DNA of 62,308 nucleotides, filler included, from Collodictyon triciliatum (GCA_043381765.1; 17 parts of 17 records of this genome joined end to end with filler, not necessarily neighbours in it); one strand, 5' to 3'. Positions 15,855-30,074 are shown, counted from the first letter of the whole stretch. The notes: a model not told the origin generated them from the letters alone. A program made the numbers and translations.

Positions 15855-17276
15855 GTATTAGTATTAGTATTATTATTAGTATTATTATTAGTATTATTAT
15901 TAGTATTATTATTAGTATTATTATTAGTATTATTATTAGTATTATTATTAGTATTAGTATTAGTATTATTATTACTCTTTTTTTACTTTTATTATTCGTA
16001 GACTCAAGTTTCAACTCATTGTAGAAGGTATTGATGGTTTAAAATAATATTGGTGACTAGGTGCTGGGATTCAATACTTTTACATGTCAGCCTTTATTTG
16101 GACGCTTTTCATCGCCGTGACGGCATATTCAATGATACTCCATCCAAATTTCGATGTAAACCATTATATAAACATTATTGCCGTATTACCGCACTGGTTC
16201 TGGGACCAAGGATAATATTCATTTTGCTATGCATAATATCATCGCTGCTGTTGAGCAGAAGGCACTAACAACTGTTTTGGGGGAAACAGATTACAGAGTA
16301 TGAGATCGTTTTTCACGTTATTGCCTGGGGTGTACCTGGTGTCTTCTTGATTATACTGTCTTTTTTAGATAGCTTTGGAGAAGCTGGTGTCTGGTACATT
16401 TCACAACTCATATGTTCTATAACTATTTTTATACACATTTTATTATTCAAAATTGAACCTTCCCGTAGTTTAAAAAAAAAACTCAAATATCACGAAATTT
16501 TATGAACAAAAGGTGTTGGATTGAAGACCCAGAGAGCCCCTTCAGATTTGCTTTCTTCTATGGACCTATGATATTCATACTAGTGTCTAATATCTTCATA
16601 TATGTTGTTTGTAAGCGGAAGCTCATACAATACGCAGTTAGTGGTTGTAAACAAATTCAATTTCCTTGACAATTTCACGTACCCTTTTTCTCTGATACGT
16701 TGTGTTAGCTTCTCACAAGTAGCAACAAATAACTAATATGCAAACACCATACAGAAACAGGGAGAGGAAACGTATTTTGCAGGGGCAGTATCCCTAAGGC
16801 AATTTGAGGATAAAATAAGTAAAAGAATGCTGAATGTCGTATTGGCCTGGGTATTCTGCTGGTTTTGGGCTGTTATCAACCGACTCCATAATTTCATCGA
16901 GCCTGATAATCCGATGGTAAAAAAAAAAAAACTAAATTCGCTGACGGTCTTAGGGTGAAATCGTAATTTACACTCTTCACTATAACCATAGTTCTGGTTG
17001 TACTTGATTCACTCCATGTTTTCACCAACATTTGGGTTCTTCAACAGCCTGATTTATGGCTATAGCCGAATTTTAAGGCGAGAATATAAGTGAGCACATT
17101 TTTTTCATGTATTGCTTGTACCTAATTAACTTGTCTATATTTTACCACCAATCTTTAACGGATTTCTGAATCGCTGTTATGCGAAAAAAAAAAACCTTAC
17201 TACATAATTTTTCTCTCACCCTCATCTATTTTACAGGAAAATGCTCTATTCTAGACCTCATTCCCAACAGGTTTAA
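15415..17276 (+). CDS. GCR1/Dictyostelium cAMP-receptor-like 7TM GPCR
   Basis: Exons LSIFGCLFILFSY..SLADL..FCKLQG; QYFYMSAFIWTLFIA; FHVIAWGVP; GVWCWI; FYGP; CWFWAVINR; GFFNSLIYG are Dicty_CAR/GCR1 family motifs. 3' end is approximate. Confidence 0.85.
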
Positions 17277-19554
17277 TAAAGTATAAAGTATCACGATTTT
17301 AAAAAAAAAAATTGTTCCTTAATCGGTGCATCAGTATTGAACATATTCCAATACACCCACTTTAGTTGTCTGCTGGCCTTCTCTCATCTAATAACTGATC
17401 GCACTGATAAAAAAGAAAAAAAAAGGCGCTCCGTGTTCAAATCCATAAACAACCCTATTGAACTTTTGTAACCACATAAAATTAACTTTCCAACCATTGT
17501 GTCCATGGATGGATATCGTCAAATACTAGAGTTGCGTTTTTCCGCACGAAATCACTGTCAGTCACTCATGTCCCACCAGTTGCCATACCGTATCTCATCA
17601 CATAATTGAAGCCTGCATGAGTGAAAAGATAACGAAAAGAAAGAAAAAAATACTGCGAGCAACCGCGTTACACGGCAGGCAAGAGCAAAACCCGTGCTCC
17701 TCCCTCAGCGTTAGCAACCTGTTGGCGACCACAAGGCATTGGAAATTGAACAACGCGTTTTTGAATACGTTTTTAGCCAAAATAAAATTAAAATAGACAC
17801 GCGAATGTAGAGGAATTGGCTTCCCTGTCTATGATCCACTCTGATGGCCATATTGGTTGGGGTGCGTCTGTGCGGCGGTGTGGGAATCCAAGACAATACG
17901 TCAGAGCTGTGATCCCTGCTTGGGCGCCGATCTCGCTGCTGCGTCTATGTCGTGACTGGCGAGTTGTTCGGCCCTCGTAGAGGAGGTTGGGAGTTGCTTT
18001 GGTGTGTTGCTTATGCGACCCTCTCTTTGTTCTCGATTTTGCTAGCTCATGGTTTCTTTGAGCTGGCCTTTCTTTTCGGGCGGTCTTTGGTTGGACACTT
18101 ACGGACGTTTCGCTTAGTCTTGTTGCTTTATTTTTTTATTCTTTTCTTTTTACTTTTTACTTTTTACTTTTTACTTTTTACTTTTTTACTTTTTTACTTT
18201 TTTACTTTTTTACTTTTTTACTTTTTTACTTTTTTACTTTTTTACTTTTTTACTTTTTTACTTTTTTANNNNNNNNNNNNNNNNNNNNNNNNNNNNNNNN
18301 NNNNNNNNNNNNTTAATTAATTAANNNNNNNNNNNNNNNNNNNNNNNNNNNNNNNNNNNNNNNNNNNNTTTTTTGTTTTTTGTTTTTTGTTTTTTGTTTT
18401 TTGTTTTTTGTTTTTTGTTTTTTGTTTTTTGTTTTTTGTTTTTTGTTTTTTTCTGTTACTGTTACTGTTTCTGTTTCTGTTTTTTCTTTGGTCCGGGAAT
18501 CGAAACCTGTTTTGGAAGCCAACACCGATCCGACCCAAAGCCGAATCTGGCGATCTTACAAATGATGCAACTTATAAATGCATCTTTTGTTGGCGTTTCT
18601 GACAGACCCGAAAGATTCGCACGAACTTCCCCGATACATGGAGCTCGTTTACGCACGCACGCAAGAAAGAGTTGATCCTCTACTCCAAGGCGAAGCAGTA
18701 TAGTCGCAAAGAGAGGCTGGCAAGGCGAGCGTGGTAGAACGCAAGCGTGGGACGATGAGTTGGTTTGTGGAAGGACGACACCATCAGAAAGGAGTCAGCG
18801 ACAGGCAGTTGTGTGGGAGTGGTGAGAGTCTCTGGATTGAACTTCCATCATTCAGTTTTGCATGCTTCACAAGGAAAGAGTTGTGTTGCTGTGTGGTTGC
18901 AGTTTTGTCGGTGCGGTTTTATTAGCGGGTGTGGTTTGGTTTCTAGCTTTTTTCGTTGGGTTCTTCGGATTGGAAAAAGCTGGAGACGGAAACTGTGGCT
19001 GTAGTCTGATAAGTGGTGGAAAACGCGGGTAGAATGTCCTGTTTGTCTTTCTCAACCTCGACAGGGGCTTCGTGCTCGTCCTGTAAAGGGGAAAGAAGAT
19101 TAGATTTTAGTCAGAAAGTATTTTTTTTTTCCCTTCATTCGATTCAAAGTGCAGCGAGGTTATGCCGTACAAAGGGGCGAGATAGGTGCGCATGGTAGAG
19201 AGCAAACGCGAGTAAGAGATAGTCTGAAAGTATTTAACAGAGCTCTTCATTATAAGGTGTCAAGACATGAAGAATGTAAAATGAGAAAGAGAAAAGAGAA
19301 CCGTTCTTTGGCGAACACGCCGATCTCTTCCTCTCTGTCTTTGAGATTTTTTTCTATGAAAGGGTTACAATAGTTACAATAATAAACCCGTTTACTACCA
19401 TTTGTTTATTCGTTTATTCATAAAAGTATTCATATATAGGAATATATATATATATCGATGTATTTGGAGTTAAGTAATTAAGTGTGCTCTGGTGTAAAGA
19501 GGTAACGAATAGTTCATGCCGTCTTTGTGAAGAGAGAAAAAAATTAAAAAGCTG

Positions 19555-21466
19555 ATTCTGACTTTCCCTTATTGGCCAGCATCTCCTTTTCATCGTCAGA
19601 AAAGTCTTGCAACTGATAGTGAGAATGTTTTTTGTTTTTACATCGTTGCAGATCCGTTGATGCCACAGAGACAAATGATAGTAAAAAAAAAAAAATTATA
19701 AATAAAATGCATATATGTCATCATACCGCTTGTTTGGGATTTCAAATTCTGATTAATTAATTACATTTTCGGGCATCTCCTCGTCCATGAAGAAACTTGC
19801 ATCGCTTCCTTTCTGATAGATATCGCTAGGTATAATAACTCGTGCTGATTGAATAACGATTGAAACGCCACTACCAAGCTTATCCTTCGGCTCTTTATCG
19901 GTAGCCATTCTCCGCACGGAGTAAACAGGATTTTCGATTGGGCCAAAAACATCAAAGATCTGATAGGATTCAATTGTCAGTTCAAATGGGATTGTGCGAC
20001 AATTGGTTTAATAACGCCAATCATATGAAAACTTCATATTTATTTATGGTGTGTTGGCTCACCCTCCCGATGGGTTGATTATTTTGTAAACATATGATTG
20101 CCCCAATATCATAAGGAGGCACGCCAGGGTTGGACTGGATGATGTACAAAGGCTCAACCTAATAAAATTTATCGAATCCGTAACTAATAATTTTACATAA
20201 AAAAAATTGTAGTTGTATAACTAATTGGAAAATAAATTTATTTCAAAAGAAGTAATAAAATGGAACTAGTGGCAATAATGGAGGGGAAAAGAATCTCACA
20301 TATGTTTTAATAGTCCCAATCTGTCTGCTTGTGAATCCCGGCTCAAGGTAGATTGGCGATTCGTCTGGATATACTATTTCCTATAAACGGTCGCGATAGT
20401 AATTAAAATAAATCTTATTTTTCAACACAGAGTACTGGAATGGTTGCATCCTGTTACTCATCTAGGCATTTTTTTCCCTCATGTTTGGGACTGATATCAT
20501 ACGACAAACCCGGTTAAGCTGAGATGTTTCACCTATATTTCAATTTATGAATGAGAGGTTTGATTCAAAATTTGAAATTGCGTTTTCTCAAAGTTAAAGA
20601 AGACGGAAAAGATAGTATATATAAAAATAAAAAATAAAAGAGAGGGAGAGAGAGAGTACAGCCGAGTACCTTCCTCATCGTCATCATCATTCATAGCTTG
20701 GCGTTTTTTTCTTCCTGAATTTTTCTTTTGACCGTCCTCCTCTTCCCCCTCCACTTCCTCTTCACCCATGTCCAATTCATCATTATCATGTACTTCACTA
20801 TCGTCATCATCGCCCAGCTCGCTCATAGTGTCCTTTTCCTGCCCTCTAGCTTTCGGCAGTTTTTTGCCGTCTTCTCGTTCATAAGGAATATCTTTGCTGT
20901 CTTGTTTATCTCCGTCATGGTCTACCAATACGTGATCATTAGAATGCCTAGCGTCTTCGTGCTCAACGATGTTTCTAGTACTCGTGGCATTCCCACTCTC
21001 ATTCTCGTGTGCATGTTCTGCACTGCCCTCTGCATTGGATTCTTTCTCGGCAGGAATCTCGACCTGTTTTTCTGGACAAAAGTCTTTCTCTGCGACTGGA
21101 GTGTTTGGGTCCTCCCAAATTGTTTCTTCTCTCGCAGGCTCAACCTCAGTTTTGTCTGTTGCTTCGAGGACAGGCTCGCTCTGAACCGGCTCTGTGTGAT
21201 CTTGCGAAGCGAAAGAAGGCTCGATGTCTTTGCATTCATCGTTTGCTGGGGGAATGTTTGGAGTCACTGCAGTTGTCTCTGATTCGATCGTCTTTGGCGT
21301 CTGTGCGAGAGTCAAAGGTGTGTTGTGAGAATAGAGGGGGCAAAATAGTGAGTAAAAGTACAATCATGTCGGAGTTTGCGAGTATAGGGGTGAAAGGTGA
21401 GTCACTTGCTTTAATATTCTTCGTTGGCTCTGAAGTAGATTCCTCGACCTGGGTGGCTGCCTCCAT
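19555..21466 (-). CDS. NAF1: H/ACA RNP assembly factor NAF1 with long acidic N-terminus; C-terminal exons probably extend towards ~18.7 kb
   Basis: Exons IFDVFGPIENPVYSVR...QKGSDASFFMDEEMPEN and QDFSDDEKE give the Gar1/Naf1 domain plus the NAF1-specific KGSDAS..FSDDEKE motif. Confidence 0.85.
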
Positions 21467-22777
21467 ATTTGAGCGAAGTTGAGAGCAACCCTGCTGCACA
21501 ACTCTGGATCTCCTTATAATGGGTGTTTGACTTGGCTTAAGTACTGGATAATAAAGTCAACAATCTTTTTTAATTCTATAATTTTTTTCCTTTCTTCTTT
21601 TTCTTTTTTCCTTTTTTTTTCTTTTTTCTTTTTTCTTTTTTCTTTTTTCTTTTTTCTTTTTCTTTTTTCTTTTTCTTTTTTCTTTTTCTTTTTTCTTTTT
21701 TCTTTTCCCAACCTATTTTCTATTCTTTTCATTCCTATTCTTACTCTTATTCTTTTTCTTTTTTTCTTTTTTTCTTTTTTCTTTTCCCTACCTATTTTCT
21801 ATTCTTTTCATTCCTATTCTTACTCTTATTCTTTTTCTTTTTTTCTTTTTTTCTTTTATCTTTTCTTTCTTTTATCTTTTCTTTCTTTTATCTTTTCTTT
21901 CTTATTCTTTTCTTTCTTATTCTTTTCTTTCTTATTCTTTNNNNNNNNNNNNNNNNNNNNNNNNNNNNNNNNNNNNNNNNNNNNTTAATTAATTAANNNN
22001 NNNNNNNNNNNNNNNNNNNNNNNNNNNNNNNNNNNNNNNNTTTTGTTTTTTGTTTTTTGTTTTTTGTTTTTTGTTTTTTGTTTTTTGTTTTTTGTTTTTT
22101 GTTTTTTGTTTTTTGTTTTTTGTTTTTTGTTTTTTGTTTTTTGTTTTTTGTTTTTTGTTTTTTTTATTCGATTATTATTCGTCTCTGGGTTTACAGCTGT
22201 TTGCAGCAATGGCAGAGGCGGGGGTTATCGCGCCGCACTGGCCGAATAAGATCACAGCCATGAAAAAATAAAAAAAAAAAAAACAATTCCACGATGTCCG
22301 CAATGAACGCAATTTTTAGTCGCTCCGAACTCATTCCACAAATAGAAAATTCACCTACTGCGTTGCTCAGGCAATCGAAGAAAATGCACTTTTGGGTGCG
22401 TCCCATACATAAACGGTCGTCGGACATCTGTCGACATCCGCCACCCGCGTAATTTCGCTCGGCGCCCTTCGTTTTCTTCCAAAAGCTCCACACGAGACTG
22501 ATTCGCAGCAAAACAGCGCAACCTTTCGCGGCGTCTGCTTTGCAAAAGCCTGACGAATCGATGCCCATAAGGATCGAGCGATGAGCAATAGTTGAAAACC
22601 TTGCCATCTAACCAATTCGATCCTCTTGTCTTTTCCTTAATTTCTCCCTCTAGTGTTATTGCTATTTGTATGGTTTCGGGCAGAAGAGTGGGGTTTGCCC
22701 TTTTACCTTTTTTTTTTAAAAACAAAAAAAAACCCCCTCCAACCCAAACAAAGGAGAGGGATAAAAAGGAAAGGAGA

Positions 22778-25494
22778 ATGGCCGAGTCACGGCGATTCTC
22801 TTCGTTCCAGCGAGGGAGTTCGATTCGCCCTTCAGTTGTAGACACGGTTCGTTTCGATTCACTTAACTGTTCCTTTCAATTTTTGATCTTTTATATGCGC
22901 TGTATTTTAGCAGAATTTACTGTGATATAAAATCGAAAAACTTCCCATCGCAAGTCTCAGAGATCCTTTCGCTCTCGGACTTTTTTTTTTCTTCCTTATT
23001 TGCTCCTTGTTCATTTTTTTTTTTAACCAAAGAGGTGTGGGAGAGAAATGGTGAAATGTAGTCTGTTTTATTTTTCTTTTCGAATGGCATTACTTGGCGA
23101 TTCATGCAAGTGTTGCGCAACTGCAGCTTTTCCCTGCCTCAAGAGACATAGCTTATCAACCATTCTGACTCTTCTCCACCAATATAGGGTTCGATATTAA
23201 AGTCCGGCTGGTTAAAAAAGCAGGCAAAGCGTGAGTGTTTCAGTTAATTCTCACATTCTGATACCGTTATGCTATCACACTTACATTGTAAATCCGATGG
23301 TTCCGTAATAGATGTAAAACAGTGGAACCGTCGTTGGTTTGTGCTAACGAAGCTCTTCATTCAATGGTCAGATGATGAGGTCAAATTTATACTGAATGGA
23401 TTTTAGTCTGTTTAAAATGATATAATATCCTTGGTAGTATGCAACGAAATCGTGTAAAGTGGCGCATTTATAAGCGTTCTTTCATTCTATTATCTATGCT
23501 ATGGCGATCTGTGTAATCAAATGTTCGAATTGAATGACATTTATCACGATAAAAAAAATACATGTGACAGGAAAGTAAAAATCTTGGGCAGTTTCTTCTC
23601 AAACAAACCACACTCCGCGAAGTGAGCGAGGATGCATGTGGCCGTAAATACTGTTTCGAGGTTACTATCATTTTAATTTATTTCATAATTGGGTAATCTT
23701 GCTATTCATATGAAAGAGGAACAAACCAAGTTTTCATTCATCAAACGAAACAAAATATCATAGCTATCATGTGCTGAAAAATCCTTCCTTGTTTCTGCCG
23801 AATCCCAATCCGAGTATGATGATTGGATGAGAGCATTCCAAAAGATTTGCGGGGACCCGTGTAAGTGACTAACATTAAAGAGAGTTAGTAAAGTATTTTT
23901 GTCCGATTCAATTTATGGTAAATCTTTACTCAAAATCGATTGCGACGAAATTATAAAAGAACAAACCCATCTCTAGAAAAATTATAATTAGTTTCTTGTT
24001 TAGCTTTAGCAATTAGTGAAATGCCCCCAACCGACCAGTTGGACGCTATGTTTCAGAATTTTTTGGTTGGCTTCCACTTTATCATGAACAATAACCCTTG
24101 AATATTTTTGAACACATTTATGGACGCCATATAGAACCCTTTAAATCTTTTTTTTTTTTTAGAATTTCTTCCTCTCTTGTACCTCAAATATTGTCGATTT
24201 GGTTCATATTTTATTCATTTTCATATTCATACTCATGAATCTATTACACTTTTCAACTGCTATTTTTATTTTTGGATATTAAATATTTTCTCAAAAGGAT
24301 GAGCTTGGATTGCCTTCGGTGAAACGTCAGGAAATGGAAACGATGTCTCATGATAGAAAATGGATTCTTTTGTGTCAAAGCAAGAGTCGGGAACAATTAG
24401 AGGCATGATAATGGCAATTAAAAATACTAGTTTTTTTACATGTTATTGCAGCGAAACGAATATTTGGAGTCTCGTGCGATTCGTTTTCATTGTATATCAT
24501 TCCTTGTTTTTCTATATTAATTACATCCTTATGCTATACAGAAGGAGCAGTCAAGTTCTTTGGGTAAAATTCAAGACACACCTGCGGGTCATTTGAGCAA
24601 TCTGAAAGCAGCTCTCAGTAGCGAGAATTTGCAACGACTTGCTGTAGCTCTACGTTCCAAGCCTGTTAGCTGGGTCTCTCAGTTCATATCTCTTGGTGGC
24701 TCTGACTTTCTTATCGACCGGATGGGCGAGTTGGAAAAAAAGCCCGGGTTTTTTTCCTTTATCTTTGTTTGAACCTTACATTGACGGATCATTCACATTT
24801 TGTGTCTTATCAAATGACTTTGTAACGTTCATTCACGTAACATGACGTTTTAAAATACGTGTAGCAAAACCTCAGATGATTGGGAATCTCTTGTTGAAGT
24901 AATGCATTGCTTCAAGTCGATGCTGAATAATGAGGTTATTTATTTATTTATTTATTGACTAATCCAACCATCAATACCATCGACCTCTACATTCTCATTC
25001 CTACTTTGAACTGATTAATTGGAGGAAATTATGTATATCCCTATCCCTATCCCTATCCCTATCCCTATCCCTATTCCTATTCCTATTTCCTTTTTTTCTA
25101 GGTTTTTTTTTTTCATGTAACTCGTACATTATTTAAAACAGACCGGTGTCACTGGGTTACTCGGAACAAACGAGGCTGTGTCCAAGATATGTCTCACATT
25201 GAGAACTCAACATGATGAAATAGTAGCTAATGTTTGTCAGATACTGGCAGCCATATGCTTGCATTCAACCACTGGATATGAGTGTGTACTTCTAAATTTC
25301 TTAACCGTGTGTTAACTTGTCATACGCAACCACACGCGTGATACCACACCAATACGCAAATCGATACTAAATAATCAAATATACAAATAGCATCGTAATC
25401 GAAGCGTTCAACTGCTACTCTGAAGTAATGCGAGAATCTCGACGCTTTGAACATCTTGTTCGCTCCCTGAGGCTGGACTCTGACGATGTTATAG
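22778..25494 (+). CDS. PH domain + GBD/FH3 (diaphanous-type formin N-terminus), 3' truncated
   Basis: PH exons: KSGWLKKQ, WNRRWFVL, GRKYCFE, SAESQSEYDDWMRAF. GBD/FH3 exons: LDELGLP..MSHDRKWILL, LAVALRSKPVSWVSQFISLGG, CFKSMLNN, QILAAIC, RESRRFEHLV. Confidence 0.85.
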
Positions 25495-25884
25495 TACGTC
25501 TAATTTTAGAAATGGTCTTCTTCTTCTTCTTCTTCTTCTTCTTCTTCTTCTTCTTCTTCTTCTTCTTCTTCTTCTTCTTCTTCTTCTTCTTCTTCTTCTT
25601 CTTCTTCTTCTTNNNNNNNNNNNNNNNNNNNNNNNNNNNNNNNNNNNNNNNNNNNNTTAATTAATTAANNNNNNNNNNNNNNNNNNNNNNNNNNNNNNNN
25701 NNNNNNNNNNNNCTCTCTTTGTTTCCCTTATTTTTTTCTCTCTTATCTTTTCCTTTCAACTTGTTTGCTTTTCTTTTTTGTTTTTGAAAATAATAACTCG
25801 CAATTACAAAGTTTTGCTGTGGAGTAATCATATTCTGGGAATAAAACTTTTTTTTGAATAGCACAGTGCCTTAAGCCAGAGCAA

Positions 25885-27862
25885 AACATGTCGTAAATAT
25901 GCGCGAATGTATTATTCAAAAGTTTCTAGCGTTCCCATCTGCAAGCAATGATGGCCCATAGCTGAAATGTGTGATAGATGTGGGTTTCAAGACATAAAAA
26001 CCGCCAAAACGCACGAACATATCAAAGTTAAGAATATCGATTATGATGCTATCAAAGATGACGACTTGATTGGGGAGATGGAAAGGAAAATCAACACAAT
26101 TGCTGAAATCAAGTCAAAAGTCGAGAGCGAAATGAAAAAGGTTTATTCATGAAGTGCTCAAGCTATGTGTGTGTTTCTTTTTTCTGTTTATTTCCTCGAA
26201 TATTCAATTCCTTAGATTGATGCTGAGGAGCGAGACCAAAATGCAAAGATCGACAACTTGTACGATGATATTGTACAAAAAGCAGCACAGTTGGAGAAGC
26301 TGAAAGAAACTGTAATCATTCCTCTTGTCATCGTTATTGTCCGATATTGACAATGTAAATTGGTTTTTTGTTGTGTGGTTTTTTCCATAATTCACTAAAC
26401 ATGAAAAATGATGATGATAATGAATTCAGGCTATCATAGCCTTGCAGCCAGCGAGCAGAAAAATCAAGTACACACAGCATCGAATGGCGGTATCACAGAA
26501 AATTCTAAGGCACTCCATAACCACGCTCAGAATGTCCAAGGAAATATACGAGCGCGAAAGAGTCGTGACCTAGCTTTTCAAGAGCGTCATGTTTGCTCAC
26601 ACAGCTTTTCAGATAGACATCGAAGAAGTCGGCAATGTGGATGTGGAAAGCTGCAAGCAAGCATCGAGATTGGCGGCAACGTTGTGATAGGAGAGGGCGG
26701 GCGCATGTGCTGGAGGAAATCCACGCAAAGTGTGAGTCGGTCTTGGAAGAGCTGCGAAGAGAAAACACCGAGTGGCAGAGACACATGGACGAGACAGACA
26801 AGCACATGAAAGAGTTGGAGGGTGAGGTACAGGAGCATCGCGCAATGAAGGAACATATTGCAAAGATGGAGCAAGGGAAGATGAAAGCAGAGGAGGTGAT
26901 GAAGAAGAAAATGAACATAGACTTGTATCAGAAGGCGTGGAAATACAACATCAAAGACTATGTATTTGAGAAGAAGGTCGGTTCAAATGGAAGTGGAGTC
27001 CAACAGTTTTCTAATCCATGGGGAATCGCAGCTCATCCAAAGACAAATCAGTAATCGTTGTTGTTCGTAGTAACCATCGATTTCAAGTGCTGAATGAGGA
27101 TTTGAGCTTTTCCTGTACATTTTGCACGAATGGCTCAGGCCCAAGTAAATTCAGCAATCCAATCGGAATCTCCATTAAGCATGATGGATTTATCGCTGTT
27201 TGTGACCGCTCAAATCATCGTGTGCAAATCTTTGATGATAACTTCAAGATGATTGAGACAATCCAATCGGGTCGCAAAAGAAGTGCACAAAGCACAGATT
27301 CCAGTGACTTTGGCGGTTTCTCCAGTCCGTTTAATCCATGCTTTGACAGCGAAGGCAATCTTAATGTTACAAACAATAGCAGGAATCAAGTGGACAAGTT
27401 CAACAATGTTTTTGAGTACGAACGCTCGTTTGCGAGAGCATCCTCTGGCGATGAAGGAATCGCATATCCCCAGAGGGCATTTGCGTGACTGAAATTAGCG
27501 AAGTGTATGTGATTGGACGCGGCGGAGACAAAATCAAAATTTATTATGTGATGGGGAGATGTATGCTCATTGTCAGAATCAATAATGTGTCGGGTCGTGT
27601 TTCGATTGCAAAAAGTCCAAACAACACAATTGTGGTGAGTGAACATGGATATTATCACATCCGGGTTTATGACACGACAAGAGACAATGTCGTTGTTCAC
27701 TATTTCGGCACATCGTCGCAGTATTCATCAAATGATGGACACTTTTATTGTCTGATGAAAATCTGCTTTGGACTGAATCAGAGACTCTATGTTTGCGAGC
27801 ATTTCAATCACCACATCCAAATGTTTGGCAAAAGTGAATGGGAATGCGATTGGAGAGAATGA
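25885..27862 (+). pseudogene. Cys/His (B-box-like) + coiled-coil + NHL-repeat protein, disrupted
   Basis: NHL repeats GSNGSGVQQFSNPWGIA, NHRFQV, GSGPSKFSNPIGI..CDRSNHRVQIFD and CEHFNHHIQMF are split by frameshifts and stops (e.g. ~27052, ~27486). A coiled-coil and CDRC..HEH lie upstream. Confidence 0.75.
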
Positions 27863-29398
27863 CAAAGAAAAATCCTCAAAGGAGGATGAAAAGGCAGAGT
27901 GAGAAAAGTCTGATTGAATAAAAAAAAACCACATTATGTCGCAGCTATTTGTGTTTATTTATAAAAATGCTGAATGGTAAAAATGGATGTGAATATTTAA
28001 TTTGATTATTTGATTATTTGATTATTTCTAATATCATTTTGCAATAAATCCCAGGATGATTACGCGCAATAACTCGGCATCATTCATCTTCCTTAATAGT
28101 CAATCTCGCTTCGAGAAACTGATTTTCCATCAATCATTCAAACATGATAAACTGCGATAAAGTAATGCGGCCCACAAAAAGCCTCTTGAAAAATGAGGAC
28201 TGTGTTGTACACCTTTGAGAAAATTCATAACCAGTTTTCTGCTCTACTAATCTCTTGGGAAGAAAAAAAGGCAGCCAACCGCGGAGTGTGATGGAAGTTC
28301 GAAGCTACTGTCGAAAGGATGTGACTTTTTTATCGGTGAATCCTTATTCCAACCTCGGACTCTTATATCAAAAGAAGAAATGGGAAAGAAATGAATCTGT
28401 TTTTACAAAGACTGCGCCTTCCTACTCGCTCTATAATTATATTCATTTGTTGGACATGGCATCAAAAAATTGCATATTTATTGAACGGCTGAGTTTGGAC
28501 AGAGCTTCAAGATGTATTGTATCCCTGTAAAAGGCGTATTCTTTCTGATCAAATGCAAGCGAATAGAGCCCTTCTGCAGAGTCATGAGGAACAAAGTCCT
28601 CTTTTTTTTGGAGGAGGAGAAAAAGACTCCTTTCTGTTTGAGATTGGCAAAATAACTTTATTGCAGATATTCCAAAGATGCTGACTTCCAGACTTTTCCT
28701 TCCAATACGAAACAAGTTCCATCGAACAAGAAACTTATTCGCACCAATAGAGAGAAAGAAAGAAGAAAAAGGGAAAAAAAGAGACCATTCACAAAAAAAA
28801 TAATCGCATTTGTAGGATTCTTGCATGACATTCAGTTCCAGTAAACCCACCACCGACTCTAAAACCAATAAAGTGTTGCGGATGACATGGACGAATATTC
28901 GAGTATTATCATCGAACATGTCGCTTCGCTCACAACAACCAGTACAAAGAGACGGAATCGGTACCGAACCTCCTTTTTTCGAAGAAATCGGGATAGCCTT
29001 GCAATCATCCAAGATGTTGAAGCCTTCTTTTCACACCAACCTGATTTCATCAGCTTGATTATGTGATGCTGCGATGAATGATACTTTGTGAGTCTCGCAT
29101 TATATTTAAAACAATATCTGACAATAGTAACATAACATGCAGCAATCCAACCTCTTGTGCTAATTCAGATAAGGTCGCTTCCACCAACTTATTTCTGGTG
29201 GCGTCGTTTGCCTACGAGTCAGACTTAAACTCAACCCATCTGCTGCTTATCCAACGCACTTCAATCGGTCTATCTTCTGGCTCNNNNNNNNNNNNNNNNN
29301 NNNNNNNNNNNNNNNNNNNNNNNNNNNTTAATTAATTAANNNNNNNNNNNNNNNNNNNNNNNNNNNNNNNNNNNNNNNNNNNNTGTGGGGGGTTTTTG

Positions 29399-29432
<34 letters not shown>

Positions 29433-30074
29433 TCAGTTCGAAGGGTTTTTTTTTCCTTGTTTATTTTTTTACTTTAGTTTGGTGGGTGGTTTCTTCTGTT
29501 GGTTGGATCGCTTATTTCTTTTTTTTTTGTTTTGCTTTGATGGATCTGTCTTAGGCTTATCTTCTCGCGATCGTGTGCTACTTTTGCTCCAGGCTGTTTT
29601 GTTCCCAAGCAGGAGTGATCTGTGGCTCCGTTCCGATCCACCAGGGGAAACCAGCGCGAGGGCTTGTTGTGCTGGAGGCGATACAAATAGGGACAATCTT
29701 TATCCTTTTGAAGATGAGATCTGATACCCTGTTTGGATGAATGAGCGCGTTTGGAAGGAGGGCATTTCTACGGAAAGAAAAGTACCGAATTATATTTTTC
29801 CATTAAGGATTGTGTAATCAAAAAGGTATTCGTTGATTAAGGGAGCTACACGCACTTTTAACCTTGTAATCTCTACCAAAAATGAGAAGAAAAAAACAAA
29901 AACAAAAACAAAAACAACAACAAAAACAAACGAACGAGAAAGCAAGAAGCGATTCTCAAAAGTTGAGTATTTAGCTTGCATTATACGGCCAGAAAAGCCT
30001 GGCTCCATATTCGCCAGGTGCATGTGTCTGGTAGGAAGCATCGAATTTTGGCAGGCAGCGGTCGGCAAGTGTCG

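Noticed and set aside
19025-19033. 9-nt match (TCTACCCGC, minus strand) to the start of the copy 3 guide
   Set aside because: Too short to distinguish from chance in 62 kb.
28443-29283. 189-aa minus-strand ORF and adjacent pieces
   Set aside because: No recognisable motif and interrupted upstream, so no product can be supported.
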